Below, piece after piece: positions 32,095-43,073 of a stretch of DNA of 64,000 nt. The notes under the pieces are model-generated. The model was not told the DNA's origin. It saw only the letters and a program-made list of their open reading frames with translations, and did not search any database. Origin of the DNA: Desulfocapsa sp. (lineage in GTDB: Bacteria; Desulfobacterota; Desulfobulbia; Desulfobulbales; Desulfocapsaceae); assembly GCA_030145625.1 (NCBI GenBank), contig JAQYVF010000007.1, positions 22,607 through 86,606 on the forward strand. The letters are read 5' to 3'. Made by a program: the position numbers and the translations under genes. How positions within the stretch are numbered: position 1 is the stretch's first letter; the number at the start of each line of letters is the position of its first letter.

Positions 32095-32825
32095 ACAGTA
32101 TTGCAGTGTATTCAAGTAAGGGCGGGGTTGGTAAAACTGCAGCTGCCGTTAATCTCTCCTATGCCTGTTCGCTCAGAGGGAAAAAGACTCTGCTCTGTGA
32201 TATGGATCCCCAGGGTGCTGCCGGATTTTATTATCGAATTCGGCCTAAATCCAAATTTAACAGGAAAAGATTCCTCAAGGGTAAACTTCACTCCTATATT
32301 CGGGAAACGGATTATCCAAATCTTGATTTGCTTCCCACTCATTTTTCCTTCAGGAATCTGGATCTGGCTCTTGATAGGGAGGGGAGTGGAGAATTGAAGC
32401 GTATTTTTTCAGGACTTGCAGATGACTATGACTATCTGATCCTTGATTGTCCGCCCAATATGACACTGCTTTCGGAAAATCTTATCATGGCCGCAGACAA
32501 GGTTGTTACCCCCGTTGTCCCCTCAACTCTTTCTATCCTTGCATTGGCGCAACTGGTAAAGTTTTTTGACAAAATAAGTGCAGATCGAAAAAAACTCCAT
32601 GCCTTCTTTTCCATGGTTGAGCGTCGGAAAAATATGCATGGTGATACGATAAAACGCTTTGGCAAAAAAAAGGTTTTTTATCGGACTCTTGTCCCCTATC
32701 TGGCTGATGTTGAAAAAATGGGGATTACCCGCCAGCCTGTGGCTGCCACAAAACCCGAATCGCCGGCTGCCGAGGCATATGACAGATTATGGCTGGAGAT
32801 CTGGAAAAGCCTGTTTAGGAAATAA
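32091..32825 (+). CDS. ParA/Soj-family ATPase (orphan)
   Basis: Deviant Walker A SKGGVGKT..AVNL, DMDPQG, ILDCPP; ATGA overlap with the CHAD stop; GGAG SD. Confidence 0.92.
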   Translation: MNSIAVYSSKGGVGKTAAAVNLSYACSLRGKKTLLCDMDPQGAAGFYYRIRPKSKFNRKRFLKGKLHSYIRETDYPNLDLLPTHFSFRNLDLALDREGSGELKRIFSGLADDYDYLILDCPPNMTLLSENLIMAADKVVTPVVPSTLSILALAQLVKFFDKISADRKKLHAFFSMVERRKNMHGDTIKRFGKKKVFYRTLVPYLADVEKMGITRQPVAATKPESPAAEAYDRLWLEIWKSLFRK

Positions 32826-32846
32826 GACATTTCTCTTCAATACCCA

Positions 32847-34019
32847 ATGGGGCAGAACTCGCTTTCCCGTGCCTTTGCCGGCCTGTTATTTCTTGCAGGT
32901 CTGTTTTTTCTTAATTTTACCTCACGGGTTATTTTTTCTCCCCTGCTTCCTTTTATAGAACAGGAAATGGGTCTTGATCATGCCCAGGCCGGTTCGTTTT
33001 TTCTTTTTATCTCTGCAGGCTATTTTTTTTCCATTCTTTCCTCTGGATTCGTTTCTGCCAGGATTGGCCATAAGCTGACCATTGTTTTTTCGGCCATTGC
33101 CTCAGGAATGGTCCTTCTCAGCCTTGGATTTTGCGGCAGTCTGCTTACCCTGCGTCTTGTTCTTTTCTGTCTTGGTCTGGCGGCCGGTCTCTATCTTCCC
33201 TCCGGTTTGGTAACCATCTCAAGACTCGTTGCTCCTGCTTACCTGGCCAGAGGGATGGCCATTCATGAAATTGCTCCTAATCTCGGTTTTGTGGCTGCTC
33301 CGTTGCTCTGTGATATGCTGCTTACTTTTGTTACCTGGCAGAAGGTCCTGGCCTGGTTAGGTGTTGTCTTGATAGCAACCGGAGTTGCATACGGTTTGAG
33401 CTCGCATGGAAGCAGGGAAAGGGGGAAGGCACCTGATCTTTCGGCCTCAGGATCTCTGCTTCGTATGGGTACATTCTGGGGTATGTGTATTCTCTTTTCT
33501 CTGGGTATCTGTTCAACCCTTGGCATTTATGCCATGGCTCCACTTTTCCTGGTAAATGATCATGGAATGGATCCCAGTCAGGCTAACAGTCTCTTGGCCT
33601 TTTCCCGGATAGCATCAATTTTCATGCCACTGCTTGGTGGTTGGATTGGTGACCGTTTCGGCAATCAGAGGGTTCTGGGCGCTGTTCTTTTGATCACCGG
33701 TATGTTAACTGCATTGATGGCCATGGTTCCAAATGGGATCTGGTTGATAGTCTGTGTGGCGGCTCAACCACTCTTTGCCGTCTGTTTTTTTCCTTCAGGC
33801 TTTGCTCTACTTTCAAAACTTGGTCCACCTGAGTATGGAAATCTGGCTGTGTCTCTCTGTATCCCCCTTGCCTTTCTCCTGGGCGGAGGCGTTATGCCGA
33901 CGCTCATCGGGATGATCGGCGATGTTGCTTCCATAAGTTCTGGCTTTATCCTTGCCGGAGTCGCCATGACCCTGGGAGGATGTTTCTCTTTTTTAATTCC
34001 TTCCCGGGAAGAAAACTGA
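32847..34019 (+). CDS. MFS transporter
   Basis: About 12 TM segments; GWIGDRFG motif A. Confidence 0.9.
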   Translation: MGQNSLSRAFAGLLFLAGLFFLNFTSRVIFSPLLPFIEQEMGLDHAQAGSFFLFISAGYFFSILSSGFVSARIGHKLTIVFSAIASGMVLLSLGFCGSLLTLRLVLFCLGLAAGLYLPSGLVTISRLVAPAYLARGMAIHEIAPNLGFVAAPLLCDMLLTFVTWQKVLAWLGVVLIATGVAYGLSSHGSRERGKAPDLSASGSLLRMGTFWGMCILFSLGICSTLGIYAMAPLFLVNDHGMDPSQANSLLAFSRIASIFMPLLGGWIGDRFGNQRVLGAVLLITGMLTALMAMVPNGIWLIVCVAAQPLFAVCFFPSGFALLSKLGPPEYGNLAVSLCIPLAFLLGGGVMPTLIGMIGDVASISSGFILAGVAMTLGGCFSFLIPSREEN

Positions 34020-34231
34020 CGGGTGGATATTGTGTATTGCTTCTCTTTAGGAATATCAATTCAAGGTTGAAGGGAGGGGGTACAGAGTGCAGTTGCTGTC
34101 GTTTTGACCTGTTTGGATAAAAAGCACAAGGTGTTGCATCTGGATCGTGTTCTTCCTACATTCAGTTTTCAATCTCTTCGTTGAGTATCTGCCCAGGTAT
34201 TGCAAAACAGAACAGTCTCTTTTTTTCTCCC

Positions 34232-35533
34232 TCAGTTGGAATTCTCCAACAGTTTATCAAGTTCTGTTGCTTCCAGAAGGGGCCTGATGGTGGTTCCGGT
34301 CTCTGGGGTGCCTGGGATGAGCAGGCGAACTGTATCCCGGTCTGCTGTTTGTAAATTCCTTGATGATCCTGTTGCCCAGATGATGGTGGTCTGTCGAGAA
34401 AGTCTATAGATAAGTCTCTTGAACTCCTGGAGGCTGGCGTGGTTCAGCCCTTTTTCCGGTTCATCCAATAGCAGGATGGGCTCCGGAGTAGTGTTTTGCA
34501 GAGAGGCCTGTAAAAAAAGGCAGATAGTTACCAGCCATCTCCAGGAACTCCCGGCCTGGCTCAAGGGGAGTTTTCGCCCCCTTGTGCTTTTTTGATAAAA
34601 GGTCAGGGTGTCGCCATCTAAAGTATGGGTGACTCTGGCAGTGGGGGCAGGTGACAGTCCCTGCACTTTCTCATTTAAGGCCTCAAGAAAGTGGGTTATC
34701 CGCTCCGGCGGAATGGATGAATCGTGGTCAATGAGCTGGTGTGCCAGGCAATAGTCTGAAGATCCATTAATTGTGGAGGGAGGATGCTGCTGTTGTGCAA
34801 GGAGGCGGCTTACAGAGAGGGGCGAATTGAGCAACAGCTTAGGGGTAAGATACAGAAAAGACGGCAACCGGGTAGATACGACTTCTTTTGCTGTCTGGAT
34901 ACGTTGGCAACGATACACGGAATGGAGGGTTTTGTTGAAGAGATCGATCTCCTTTTCAGTAAGGTGTGGCTGTATGGCAGTGAGCCAATTCCCCAGGAGA
35001 TGCATGGTTTTTCCCTTGATCCGGTCTGTGGCTGCCAGGTGTGTGAGATGGTGGAATTGAGTCTTGAGGGCAGATGCTACTGATTGGTCAGCAATGCTAT
35101 GGTTGAGACCTGCAACTGCATCGGCAATTTCGCTCCATCGTGGAGAAGAGGCGATCTCTACAAAGGAGATCCAGCGTGACCAGTCAAGTCGGCGTCCCAC
35201 CTCAATTTTATCGGTTTCGATAAGGATGGGCTCAATTTCTGCCAGCTTGCCTCGTATCTCGTTATTGCCTTCGAAAATGGCAAGGGCGGCGGTTTTTTTT
35301 CTGGGGTTTATCTTTCTTTTATACCCCTTGGTAAAAAAGTAATCGGGAAAGTTGGCAAAAGGATTGTCAAGCTGCTGCAGAGGGTGGGGGTTGATCGATT
35401 GCAGGATACGGAAAAGAGGAGTTTTCCCAGATCCGCAAGGGCCGGAAAATATAGTGAGATGCGGGGAAAACTCAAACCAGCCGCTGTTTTTGATGATCTG
35501 ATGCCCACATATTTTTGCCTTGATAATATGCAT
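34232..35533 (-). CDS. ABC-fold (AAA_15/OLD-like) ATPase, stand-alone
   Basis: GPCGSGKT Walker A, long insertion, LLLDEPEKGL Walker B. Confidence 0.7.
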   Translation of the reverse strand: MHIIKAKICGHQIIKNSGWFEFSPHLTIFSGPCGSGKTPLFRILQSINPHPLQQLDNPFANFPDYFFTKGYKRKINPRKKTAALAIFEGNNEIRGKLAEIEPILIETDKIEVGRRLDWSRWISFVEIASSPRWSEIADAVAGLNHSIADQSVASALKTQFHHLTHLAATDRIKGKTMHLLGNWLTAIQPHLTEKEIDLFNKTLHSVYRCQRIQTAKEVVSTRLPSFLYLTPKLLLNSPLSVSRLLAQQQHPPSTINGSSDYCLAHQLIDHDSSIPPERITHFLEALNEKVQGLSPAPTARVTHTLDGDTLTFYQKSTRGRKLPLSQAGSSWRWLVTICLFLQASLQNTTPEPILLLDEPEKGLNHASLQEFKRLIYRLSRQTTIIWATGSSRNLQTADRDTVRLLIPGTPETGTTIRPLLEATELDKLLENSN

Positions 35534-35945
35534 ACCGTACCCTCTTTAGGCAGTGTGATGAGATATGCTTGTTAGATAGAGATAGGTTCGTCTGACCTCG
35601 TCTTTATTAGAAACATAAACATCATCCGAGGAGAAAAATAGACAGAAGTAGAAAAAGCAGGTTGGCGCATTGGCTTTTTAGGAGTGGAAGAATTTCTTCG
35701 ATACCCAATCAGACGGTTGCCAGTGATAGGTTTATGTCTTGTGTTTCAGTATGTTATCTGCTTCTGTCTCCTTGGTTTCAAACCGCACCTGTTTGCTCCC
35801 GGAGCCTTTCTGGAAAATTAACCTATTGATTGTGTTAAGAAGTGATACAATTGCATTTGAAAAGTATTGATCTTTACATATAATAACCGTTAACAATTAT
35901 TCCACATCCGCACAGTGCAGTTCAATCTCCGCCAAGGACATTTTC

Positions 35946-36968
35946 ATGGAGTTCATGACAAGAAAACCCGTCAATCTTAATCGACGCAGATTTATGCAGA
36001 TTGTAGCTGTTGCAGGTACAGCTGCAGGCTGTTGGAAGCTTGGTCTTTTTGGGGCAGGAAAATCGTTACAGAAGGTTCGCAGAAGCCAACCTATCATGGG
36101 TACTGTATTAAACCTTACAGTCTATGGACAGGATCGGGACGCTTGCGAAGAGGCTCTTGTAAATACCATAGGAAAGATGATGATGCTTGAGACTCATCTG
36201 AGCAGGCACATGGCAGAAAGCGAGCTTGCGGAATTGAACAGGAATAGCCTTCTTGTTAATCCAAGTGCAGATCTTTTAACTGTTTTGCGCCTGGCTGAAA
36301 ATATCAGTAAAACAACATCTGGTGCCTTTGATGTGACGGTACTCCCACTTCTGCAGATGCATGAGTCAATTCGTGGCGAAAATGATCATCCCGATGAGCA
36401 GGATCTGATGACTGCCAGAGGGCTTGTCGGGTATGAAGATGTATATCTTAGTGAGGAAAGAGTGCATCTTGCAAAAGAGGGTATGGGGATCTCTTTGGAT
36501 GGGATTGGCAAAGGGTATATCGTTGACCAAGGCGTTTCCGTATTACGAACACACGGATTTAATAATGTCTATGTGGAGGCTGGAGGAGATTTGATGGTCT
36601 CCGGTCGGAAGGACAATAACTCCCCCTGGTGTATCGGGCTCCGTCCTCCTCGACCACAACAAAACAAACCTGTTGTCATTGAAGTGAGCAACAAGGCGGT
36701 AGCCACCTCCGGTGATTATCTCCAGGCCTTCACACCTGATCTGAAACATCACCATATTCTCCATCCGACAAGTGGTTTTTCCCCGCAGGAACTGGCAAGT
36801 TGTACCATAACAGCTCCCACTGTTGCACTGGCCGATGGCTTGGCCACAGCTGTCATGGTTATGGGAAAGGATGACGGTCTTGATCTCATCCAGTCCATGC
36901 AAGGCTGTGAAGGGTACGTTGTTGATAAACAACTCAAGCACTCCAATACTGCCGGTTTCTTCACTTGA
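35946..36968 (+). CDS. apbE: FAD:protein FMN transferase
   Basis: IMGT, GAFDVTV, LDGIGKGY, AGGD, AVATSGDY, HILHP and ADGLATA motifs; immediately upstream of nqrA. Confidence 0.95.
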   Translation: MEFMTRKPVNLNRRRFMQIVAVAGTAAGCWKLGLFGAGKSLQKVRRSQPIMGTVLNLTVYGQDRDACEEALVNTIGKMMMLETHLSRHMAESELAELNRNSLLVNPSADLLTVLRLAENISKTTSGAFDVTVLPLLQMHESIRGENDHPDEQDLMTARGLVGYEDVYLSEERVHLAKEGMGISLDGIGKGYIVDQGVSVLRTHGFNNVYVEAGGDLMVSGRKDNNSPWCIGLRPPRPQQNKPVVIEVSNKAVATSGDYLQAFTPDLKHHHILHPTSGFSPQELASCTITAPTVALADGLATAVMVMGKDDGLDLIQSMQGCEGYVVDKQLKHSNTAGFFT

Positions 36969-36969
36969 T

Positions 36970-38319
36970 ATGAAAACATTTCAGATAAACAAAGGGTTGG
37001 ACATCCCCATTTCAGGCTCTCCTGAGCAAAAGGTGCGAGAGGGGCAGGCGGTCAGTCAAGTTGCCCTGATTGGTGACGATTATATCGGTATGAAACCGAC
37101 GATGCAGGTTAAAGTGGGAGATCGGGTTCAAACGGGTCAGCTGCTCTTTGTCGATAAAAAAAATAAGGGAGTCAAATTTACTTCTCCGGGGTGTGGCACA
37201 GTCGTGGCCATAAATCGAGGGGAAAAACGAAAGTTTGAATCACTTGTTATTGAACTGGCCGGAGAAGAAAGTATCTGCTTTCTTTCTCCTGCTGGCCGTT
37301 CCTTGGGAAATATGGAGTCGGAAGATGTCCGCAACCTGCTCATTGACTCCGGGATGTGGACCAGTTTTCGTACCCGTCCCTATGGTAAGATTCCAGCGGT
37401 TGATTCCATCCCAAACTCGCTTTTTATTACCGCTATCGATACCTCTCCTCTAGCTGCAGATCCGCAGCTCATTATTGCCAGGTATGAAAAGGAGTATCAA
37501 CTGGGCTTGAGGTTGCTGCGCCAATTATTTTCCGTTCCAATTTACTACTGCAGCGGGATGGATAAATTGCTACCGGCCGAAGAGCTGTATAGTATTGATT
37601 ACTCTGTCTTTCATGGCCCCCATCCTGCTGGCCTGCCTTCAACCCATATTCATTTCATAGATCCTGTACATGAAATGAAAAGTGTCTGGCATATCGGTTA
37701 TCAGGACATTATTGGAATTGGTCACTTGTTCAAAAACGGTTATCTGCTCACGGAAAAGATAGTCTCTCTGGCTGGTCCGGCACTATCTAACCCGTCTTTG
37801 GTTATTACCCGGGTAGGCGCCTGCCTCCCTGAACTCTGTCAACAAGATCTTCTTGGGGAGGAGGTAAGAATTCTCTCCGGGTCAGTCCTTGATGGCCGTA
37901 AGGCAAGTGGCAATTATACCTTTCTTGGCCGGTATCATAATCAGGTATCAGTGTTAGAAGATGACAGTGGTCGAGCCTTTTTCAATTGGGCTAAACCCGG
38001 AAAGGATCGTTTCTCCATCAAATCTGTTTTCATATCAGTACTCAAGAAACATCTGCGCTTTCCCATGAATACAGCACTCTGGGGTGGGAGAAGGGCAATA
38101 TATCCTCTCGGTACTTATGAGCAGGTTATGCCCCTGGATATCATAGCAACAGCATTGTTGAAGGCACTCTCTACCGGGGACACGGAAAAAGCAATAGACC
38201 TCGGCTGTCTTGAGTTGGTTGAAGAGGATCTGGCGCTCTGCGCTTTTGTCTGTCCCGGGAAAAATGAATTCGGTACTGTTTTGCGTCAGGTGCTGACAAC
38301 CATTGAGCTTGGCGGTTAA
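36970..38319 (+). CDS. nqrA: Na+-translocating NADH:quinone reductase subunit A
   Basis: Start reassigned to MKTFQINKGLDIPISG; GPHPAG, LSGSVLDG and LELVEEDLALCAFVCPGK motifs. Confidence 0.96.
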   Translation: MKTFQINKGLDIPISGSPEQKVREGQAVSQVALIGDDYIGMKPTMQVKVGDRVQTGQLLFVDKKNKGVKFTSPGCGTVVAINRGEKRKFESLVIELAGEESICFLSPAGRSLGNMESEDVRNLLIDSGMWTSFRTRPYGKIPAVDSIPNSLFITAIDTSPLAADPQLIIARYEKEYQLGLRLLRQLFSVPIYYCSGMDKLLPAEELYSIDYSVFHGPHPAGLPSTHIHFIDPVHEMKSVWHIGYQDIIGIGHLFKNGYLLTEKIVSLAGPALSNPSLVITRVGACLPELCQQDLLGEEVRILSGSVLDGRKASGNYTFLGRYHNQVSVLEDDSGRAFFNWAKPGKDRFSIKSVFISVLKKHLRFPMNTALWGGRRAIYPLGTYEQVMPLDIIATALLKALSTGDTEKAIDLGCLELVEEDLALCAFVCPGKNEFGTVLRQVLTTIELGG

Positions 38320-38355
38320 CCAGCAGAGCTAACACGCGAAGGTGATAAGTTAATC

Positions 38356-39564
38356 ATGAAACCACTGAGTAAAATCTTTGAAGATGCTGGGCGTTACTTT
38401 GAAAAGGGTGGGCGTTTTGAGCAATACTACCCGCTGTATGAGGCCTTTGATTCCTTCCTGTTCGGCAGCAATCAAACCACCAATACGGCACCCCATGTCC
38501 GGGATTCTATAGACCTGAAGCGGATAATGACCACGGTGATTATTGCTCTGCTTCCCTGTGTGCTGATGGCAATGTGGAACACCGGGTATCAGGCTAATTC
38601 CGCCCTCCAGCTCATGGGACTTTCCGGGCCCGATGGCTGGCGAGGGACGCTCATGGCCTTTGTCGGTTGCGATCCGGAAAGTCTGTTTGCCAATTTCTTC
38701 CATGGGGCACTGTACTTTTTACCGGTCTATTTCGTTACCCTTGTTGTTGGCTCTCTCTGGGAGGGTTTGTTTAATCTGATCCGTGGCCATGAATTTTCCG
38801 AGGCCTTTCTGGTTACCAGTCTGCTCTTTACCCTGACTCTGCCGCCGTCCATTCCCCTCTGGCAGGTTGCCATTGGTATCAGTTTTGGTGTCATCTTTGC
38901 GAAAGAGGTTTTTGGCGGAGTTGGCCGCAATTTTATGAATCCTGCTCTTGTTTCCAGGGCGTTTATCTTTTTTGCCTATCCGGCACAGATGTCCGGCGAC
39001 CAGGTCTGGACTGCTGTGGATGGTATAAGCGGTGCCACCGCCCTCAGTCAATTTGCTGGGGCCGGACCGGGAGGGCTTATGGATTCTGTCTCCGTTACCT
39101 GGCTCCAATCTTTTCTTGGCACGGTACCTGGTTCCATGGGTGAGACTTCCACGCTTGCCTGTCTCTTTGGGGCCTTTATCCTGCTTATTACCGGTATAGC
39201 CTCCTGGCGAATTATGCTGTCGATGTTGCTGGGTGGGCTAATCTGCAGTAGTTTTTTCTGGCTTCAGGGAAGTGGTGTCAATCCCATGTATAATATTCCG
39301 CCTCACTGGCATCTGGTAGTGGGAGGATTTGCCTTCGGCCTGGTTTTTATGGCAACTGATCCGGTATCAGCCGCCCATACCCCGATGGGACAATGGCTCT
39401 TTGGACTGCTGGTTGGGGGGCTTGCCATTCTCATTCGTGTGGCCAATCCCGCCTACGCTGAAGGTGTTATGCTGGCCATTCTCCTGGGCAACGTCTTTGC
39501 TCCTCTGTTCGATTATTTTGCTATCCAGGCCAATATAAAGAGGAGGAGGTTACGTCATGGCTGA
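38356..39564 (+). CDS. nqrB: Na+-NQR subunit B
   Basis: HVRDSIDLKR, KEVFGGVG, DGISGAT (FMN-Thr), GSMGETS, FMATDPVS and APLFD motifs. Confidence 0.97.
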   Translation: MKPLSKIFEDAGRYFEKGGRFEQYYPLYEAFDSFLFGSNQTTNTAPHVRDSIDLKRIMTTVIIALLPCVLMAMWNTGYQANSALQLMGLSGPDGWRGTLMAFVGCDPESLFANFFHGALYFLPVYFVTLVVGSLWEGLFNLIRGHEFSEAFLVTSLLFTLTLPPSIPLWQVAIGISFGVIFAKEVFGGVGRNFMNPALVSRAFIFFAYPAQMSGDQVWTAVDGISGATALSQFAGAGPGGLMDSVSVTWLQSFLGTVPGSMGETSTLACLFGAFILLITGIASWRIMLSMLLGGLICSSFFWLQGSGVNPMYNIPPHWHLVVGGFAFGLVFMATDPVSAAHTPMGQWLFGLLVGGLAILIRVANPAYAEGVMLAILLGNVFAPLFDYFAIQANIKRRRLRHG

Positions 39565-40342
39565 AGAATCTGCTGCCAAACCTTTTTATTCAGCTCTTAT
39601 CCTCGCCTTTGTCTGTTCACTCTTGGTTGCCGGTGCCGCAGTAGGTTTGCGCCCCAGGCAGGAGGCCAATCGACTGCAGGATCAGAAAAAGAATATTCTC
39701 TATGCAGCCGGGCTTTATGAAGAAGGCAGGAGTGTAGAAGAGCTGTTCACTCCCATTGAGACACGGATTGTGGAACTGGCGACAGGACGATATATGCCTG
39801 AAGATCAGATAAATCCGCTGTCCTACAAGCAACTGAAAGCAGCACTCACGGAATCAGCCGGGCACCCTCTGGACTCCAAAGTAGATATTGCTGGAATTCG
39901 TCGTCTTGAAAAATACTCTCTTGTTTACCTGGTCAAAAAGGACGAGCAGCTTATACAGATTGTTCTGCCTGTTCGTGGGAAGGGACTTTGGTCAACTATG
40001 TACGCCTACGTCGCAATTGATGGAGACTTAAGCACCGTTCGCGGGGTCTCTTTTTACGAGCATGGTGAAACACCGGGACTTGGCGGTGAAATAGAAAATC
40101 GAAGATGGGAGGATGGCTGGCAGGGGAAAAAACTCTATACACCAGACGGCGAGATGGCGCTGAAGGTGGTCAAGGGAAAGGTCAGCGAGACCGGAGATCA
40201 GGCCTTGTACCAGATTGATGGTCTTTCCGGTGCAACGCTTACTGCCAAGGGTGTGAGTAATCTGCTGGAATTCTGGTTTGGAGATCATGGCTTCAAGCCC
40301 TATTTTACCCAATTGCAAAAGAAGGACAATCCCAATGGCTGA
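39557..40342 (+). CDS. nqrC: Na+-NQR subunit C
   Basis: [14 protein letters not shown] and [10 protein letters not shown] (FMN-Thr) motifs. Confidence 0.97.
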   Translation: MAEESAAKPFYSALILAFVCSLLVAGAAVGLRPRQEANRLQDQKKNILYAAGLYEEGRSVEELFTPIETRIVELATGRYMPEDQINPLSYKQLKAALTESAGHPLDSKVDIAGIRRLEKYSLVYLVKKDEQLIQIVLPVRGKGLWSTMYAYVAIDGDLSTVRGVSFYEHGETPGLGGEIENRRWEDGWQGKKLYTPDGEMALKVVKGKVSETGDQALYQIDGLSGATLTAKGVSNLLEFWFGDHGFKPYFTQLQKKDNPNG

Positions 40343-40958
40343 GACCAGAATGGAGCTGTTTGTACGGCCGATTTTCAAACGTAATCCTATAGCCTTGCTG
40401 GTTCTTGGAATCTGTTCTTCCTTAGCCGTTACCGGACAGATGACCACTGCCTTTGTCATGTCTGTTTGTGTGACGCTGGTGGTCGCCTTTTCCAGTCTGA
40501 TAATCTCCATAGTCCGTTTCCAGATTCCCGGCAGCGTTCGTATTGGTATCCAGATTACGGTTATTGCAACTCTGGTTATCCTGGTGGACCAAATTCTTAA
40601 GGCTTATTACTTTGAACTCTCCAAACAGTTATCTGTCTATGTCGGTCTGATCATCACCAACTGTATCGTAATGGGTCGAGCCGAAGGCTATGCCATGAGC
40701 AATCCACCCATCTCCAGTTTTATTGACGGCATTGGTAACGGTCTCGGCTACGGGGTTATTTTGATGGCAGTGGCCTTTGTCAGAGAACTTCTGGGAGCAG
40801 GTACCCTGTTTGGTTTCGAAGTTCTGCCGTTGACAAGTAATGGCGGTTGGTATGTGCGAAATGGATTACTGGTACTCCCTGCCAGTGCCTTTTTTCTCAT
40901 AGCGCTGCTTATCTGGTTTCTGCGAAGCATTGACCCTGATCAACAGGAGAAAAGCTGA
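40335..40958 (+). CDS. nqrD: Na+-NQR subunit D
   Basis: [31 protein letters not shown] and DGIGNGLGY motifs; start reassigned to 40335. Confidence 0.97.
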   Translation: MAETRMELFVRPIFKRNPIALLVLGICSSLAVTGQMTTAFVMSVCVTLVVAFSSLIISIVRFQIPGSVRIGIQITVIATLVILVDQILKAYYFELSKQLSVYVGLIITNCIVMGRAEGYAMSNPPISSFIDGIGNGLGYGVILMAVAFVRELLGAGTLFGFEVLPLTSNGGWYVRNGLLVLPASAFFLIALLIWFLRSIDPDQQEKS

Positions 40959-41566
40959 TGGCCCATTACCTTGATATCATTTTTCGGTCCATATTTCTGG
41001 AAAATCTTCCCTTGAGCTTCTTCTTGGGGATGTGCACGTTTCTGGCCATTTCCAAACAGGTAAAAACAGCCACCGGACTGGGTGCAGCAGTGTTGGTTAT
41101 CATGGTCATTACCGTTCCCATTAATAATTTGATTCTTAATCACTTGCTCAAGCCGGGAGGTCTTGCCTGGGCAGGTCAGCCGGACCTTGATCTTACCTTT
41201 CTTGGCTTGCTCACCTATATTGCCGTTATCGCGGGCGTTGTTCAGATACTGGAAATGGTACTCGATCGGTTTGTACCTGCTTTGTACAACAGCCTGGGGA
41301 TTTTTTTGCCGCTTCTCACTGTCAACTGTGCAATATTTGGCGGCAGCCTTTTTATGGTGGAACGTGATTATAGTTTTGGCGAGAGTGTGGCCTACGGTTT
41401 TGGTGCCGGGGGGGGCTTTTTTCTGGCGGTGGTCTGTCTTGCCGGAATACGGGAACGACTTGAATATGCCAATCCGCCTGCAGGGCTTCGTGGCCTCGGT
41501 CTCACCTTTATTACCACCGGCCTCATTGCCATTGCCTTTATGGGGCTGGCAGGCATGAATATTTGA
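40958..41566 (+). CDS. nqrE: Na+-NQR subunit E
   Basis: [15 protein letters not shown] and [14 protein letters not shown] motifs. Confidence 0.97.
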   Translation: MAHYLDIIFRSIFLENLPLSFFLGMCTFLAISKQVKTATGLGAAVLVIMVITVPINNLILNHLLKPGGLAWAGQPDLDLTFLGLLTYIAVIAGVVQILEMVLDRFVPALYNSLGIFLPLLTVNCAIFGGSLFMVERDYSFGESVAYGFGAGGGFFLAVVCLAGIRERLEYANPPAGLRGLGLTFITTGLIAIAFMGLAGMNI

Positions 41567-41610
41567 GATGTCTTGGGAAATTACAATAACAGCACCAAAA
41601 GGCCAGGAAA

Positions 41611-42831
41611 ATGAATGAAATTTATTATGGGGTGCTTTGTTTTTTAGGTATCCAGTTGATCCTGGTCACTCTCATTGTTATCGCCAAAAAGACACTTTTA
41701 CCTGGCGGTGAAATCACCATTGAAATTAATCAAAAAAAACGGGTTGTTGCACAGCCTGGTGGTAAACTGCTGACGACTCTGGCCGAGCGGGGCATAATTC
41801 TTTCCTCGGCCTGTGGGGGGGGAGGAAGTTGTGGTCAGTGTCGATGTGTGGTGAAGGAGGGAGGTGGCAGTATCCTGCCCACCGAAAGATCGCTGATCAA
41901 TAAAAGGGAGGCAAAAAACGGCATGAGACTCTCCTGTCAGGTCCCGGTTAAACGTGATTTGCAGATCGAAGTACCACAGGAAATGCTGGAGGCAAAAAAA
42001 TACCATTGTACTGTCCGTTCCAACAAAAATGTGGCGACTTTTATTAAGGAGCTTGTTTTAGAACTTGCTGAGGGAGAGGAGGTCAATTTCAGGGCCGGTG
42101 GCTATATCCAGATTGAGGTACCGCCCCACACCCTTGAATATGCCAATTTCGATATAGATGAACGCTTCCTTGCTGATTGGACCAAATTTAAGATGTTTCA
42201 ATATAAATCTCATGTCCACACTCCTGTGAGCAGGGCATATTCAATGGCCAACTATCCAGGAGAAAAAAGGATAATTAAGCTGAATGTACGCATTGCAAGT
42301 CCCCCTCCGGGGAGTGATGCGGTTATACCACCGGGGCAGGTCTCCTCCTATGTTTTCAACCTTTGCCCTGGTGACGATGTCATCATAGCAGGTCCCTTTG
42401 GTGAATTCTTTATGGATGAGAGCGATTCCGAGGTGATGCTCATTGGTGGTGGAGCTGGAATGGCACCTTTGCGCAGTCATATTTTTGATCTTTTTAAGGG
42501 GCAACAAACTACGCGTAAAGTTTCTTTCTGGTATGGCGGTCGAAGCCTGGGGGAAGTTTTTTATGATGATGAATTTGAGGAACTGGCAAGAAAGCACACC
42601 AATTTTTCTTTTCATCTCGCTCTCTCCGACCCGCAGCCTGAAGATAGGTGGCAGGGGGCCGTCGGTTTTATTCACCTCGTGGTCTTTGATCAGTATCTCA
42701 AAGATCATCCGGAGCCTGAAGACATAAATTATTATCTTTGCGGGCCACCTATGATGAACAAGGCTATATTGGAAATGCTTGAAAATCTTGGCGTTGAAAA
42801 AGAAAACATACACGCTGATAACTTCGGTTAA
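41611..42831 (+). CDS. nqrF: Na+-NQR subunit F
   Basis: [17 protein letters not shown] (2Fe-2S), [15 protein letters not shown] and YLCGPP motifs. Confidence 0.97.
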   Translation: MNEIYYGVLCFLGIQLILVTLIVIAKKTLLPGGEITIEINQKKRVVAQPGGKLLTTLAERGIILSSACGGGGSCGQCRCVVKEGGGSILPTERSLINKREAKNGMRLSCQVPVKRDLQIEVPQEMLEAKKYHCTVRSNKNVATFIKELVLELAEGEEVNFRAGGYIQIEVPPHTLEYANFDIDERFLADWTKFKMFQYKSHVHTPVSRAYSMANYPGEKRIIKLNVRIASPPPGSDAVIPPGQVSSYVFNLCPGDDVIIAGPFGEFFMDESDSEVMLIGGGAGMAPLRSHIFDLFKGQQTTRKVSFWYGGRSLGEVFYDDEFEELARKHTNFSFHLALSDPQPEDRWQGAVGFIHLVVFDQYLKDHPEPEDINYYLCGPPMMNKAILEMLENLGVEKENIHADNFG

Positions 42832-42869
42832 GTGGCCTACAGATATTGTAGGATAATTATGGGGTTGCG

Positions 42870-43073
42870 ATGACTGGCTTGGCAATTATATTTTTAATAT
42901 CCTTGGTTGTTACTTTTTTCCTCTTTCTGGCTACCGCTGTGCTTATTAGCTACTGTAAGAAAAAAGAGGGGAGGACACGTCACGGGCTTACCGGTATGTG
43001 TCATCAGAGCGGTGGACAAATGTGCAGCAGCTGCAGTTCGCAGATACAGTCAATCCCTGACGCAGAAGAGTGA
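42870..43073 (+). CDS. NqrM-like small membrane protein
   Basis: Directly after nqrF; one N-terminal TM followed by GMCHQSGGQMCSSC. Confidence 0.6.
   Translation: MTGLAIIFLISLVVTFFLFLATAVLISYCKKKEGRTRHGLTGMCHQSGGQMCSSCSSQIQSIPDAEE

Noticed and set aside
36823..36969. Long N-terminal extensions in the ORF track for nqrA (also nqrD, ParA and the MORN protein)
   Set aside because: They overlap upstream genes; family-typical starts lie downstream.
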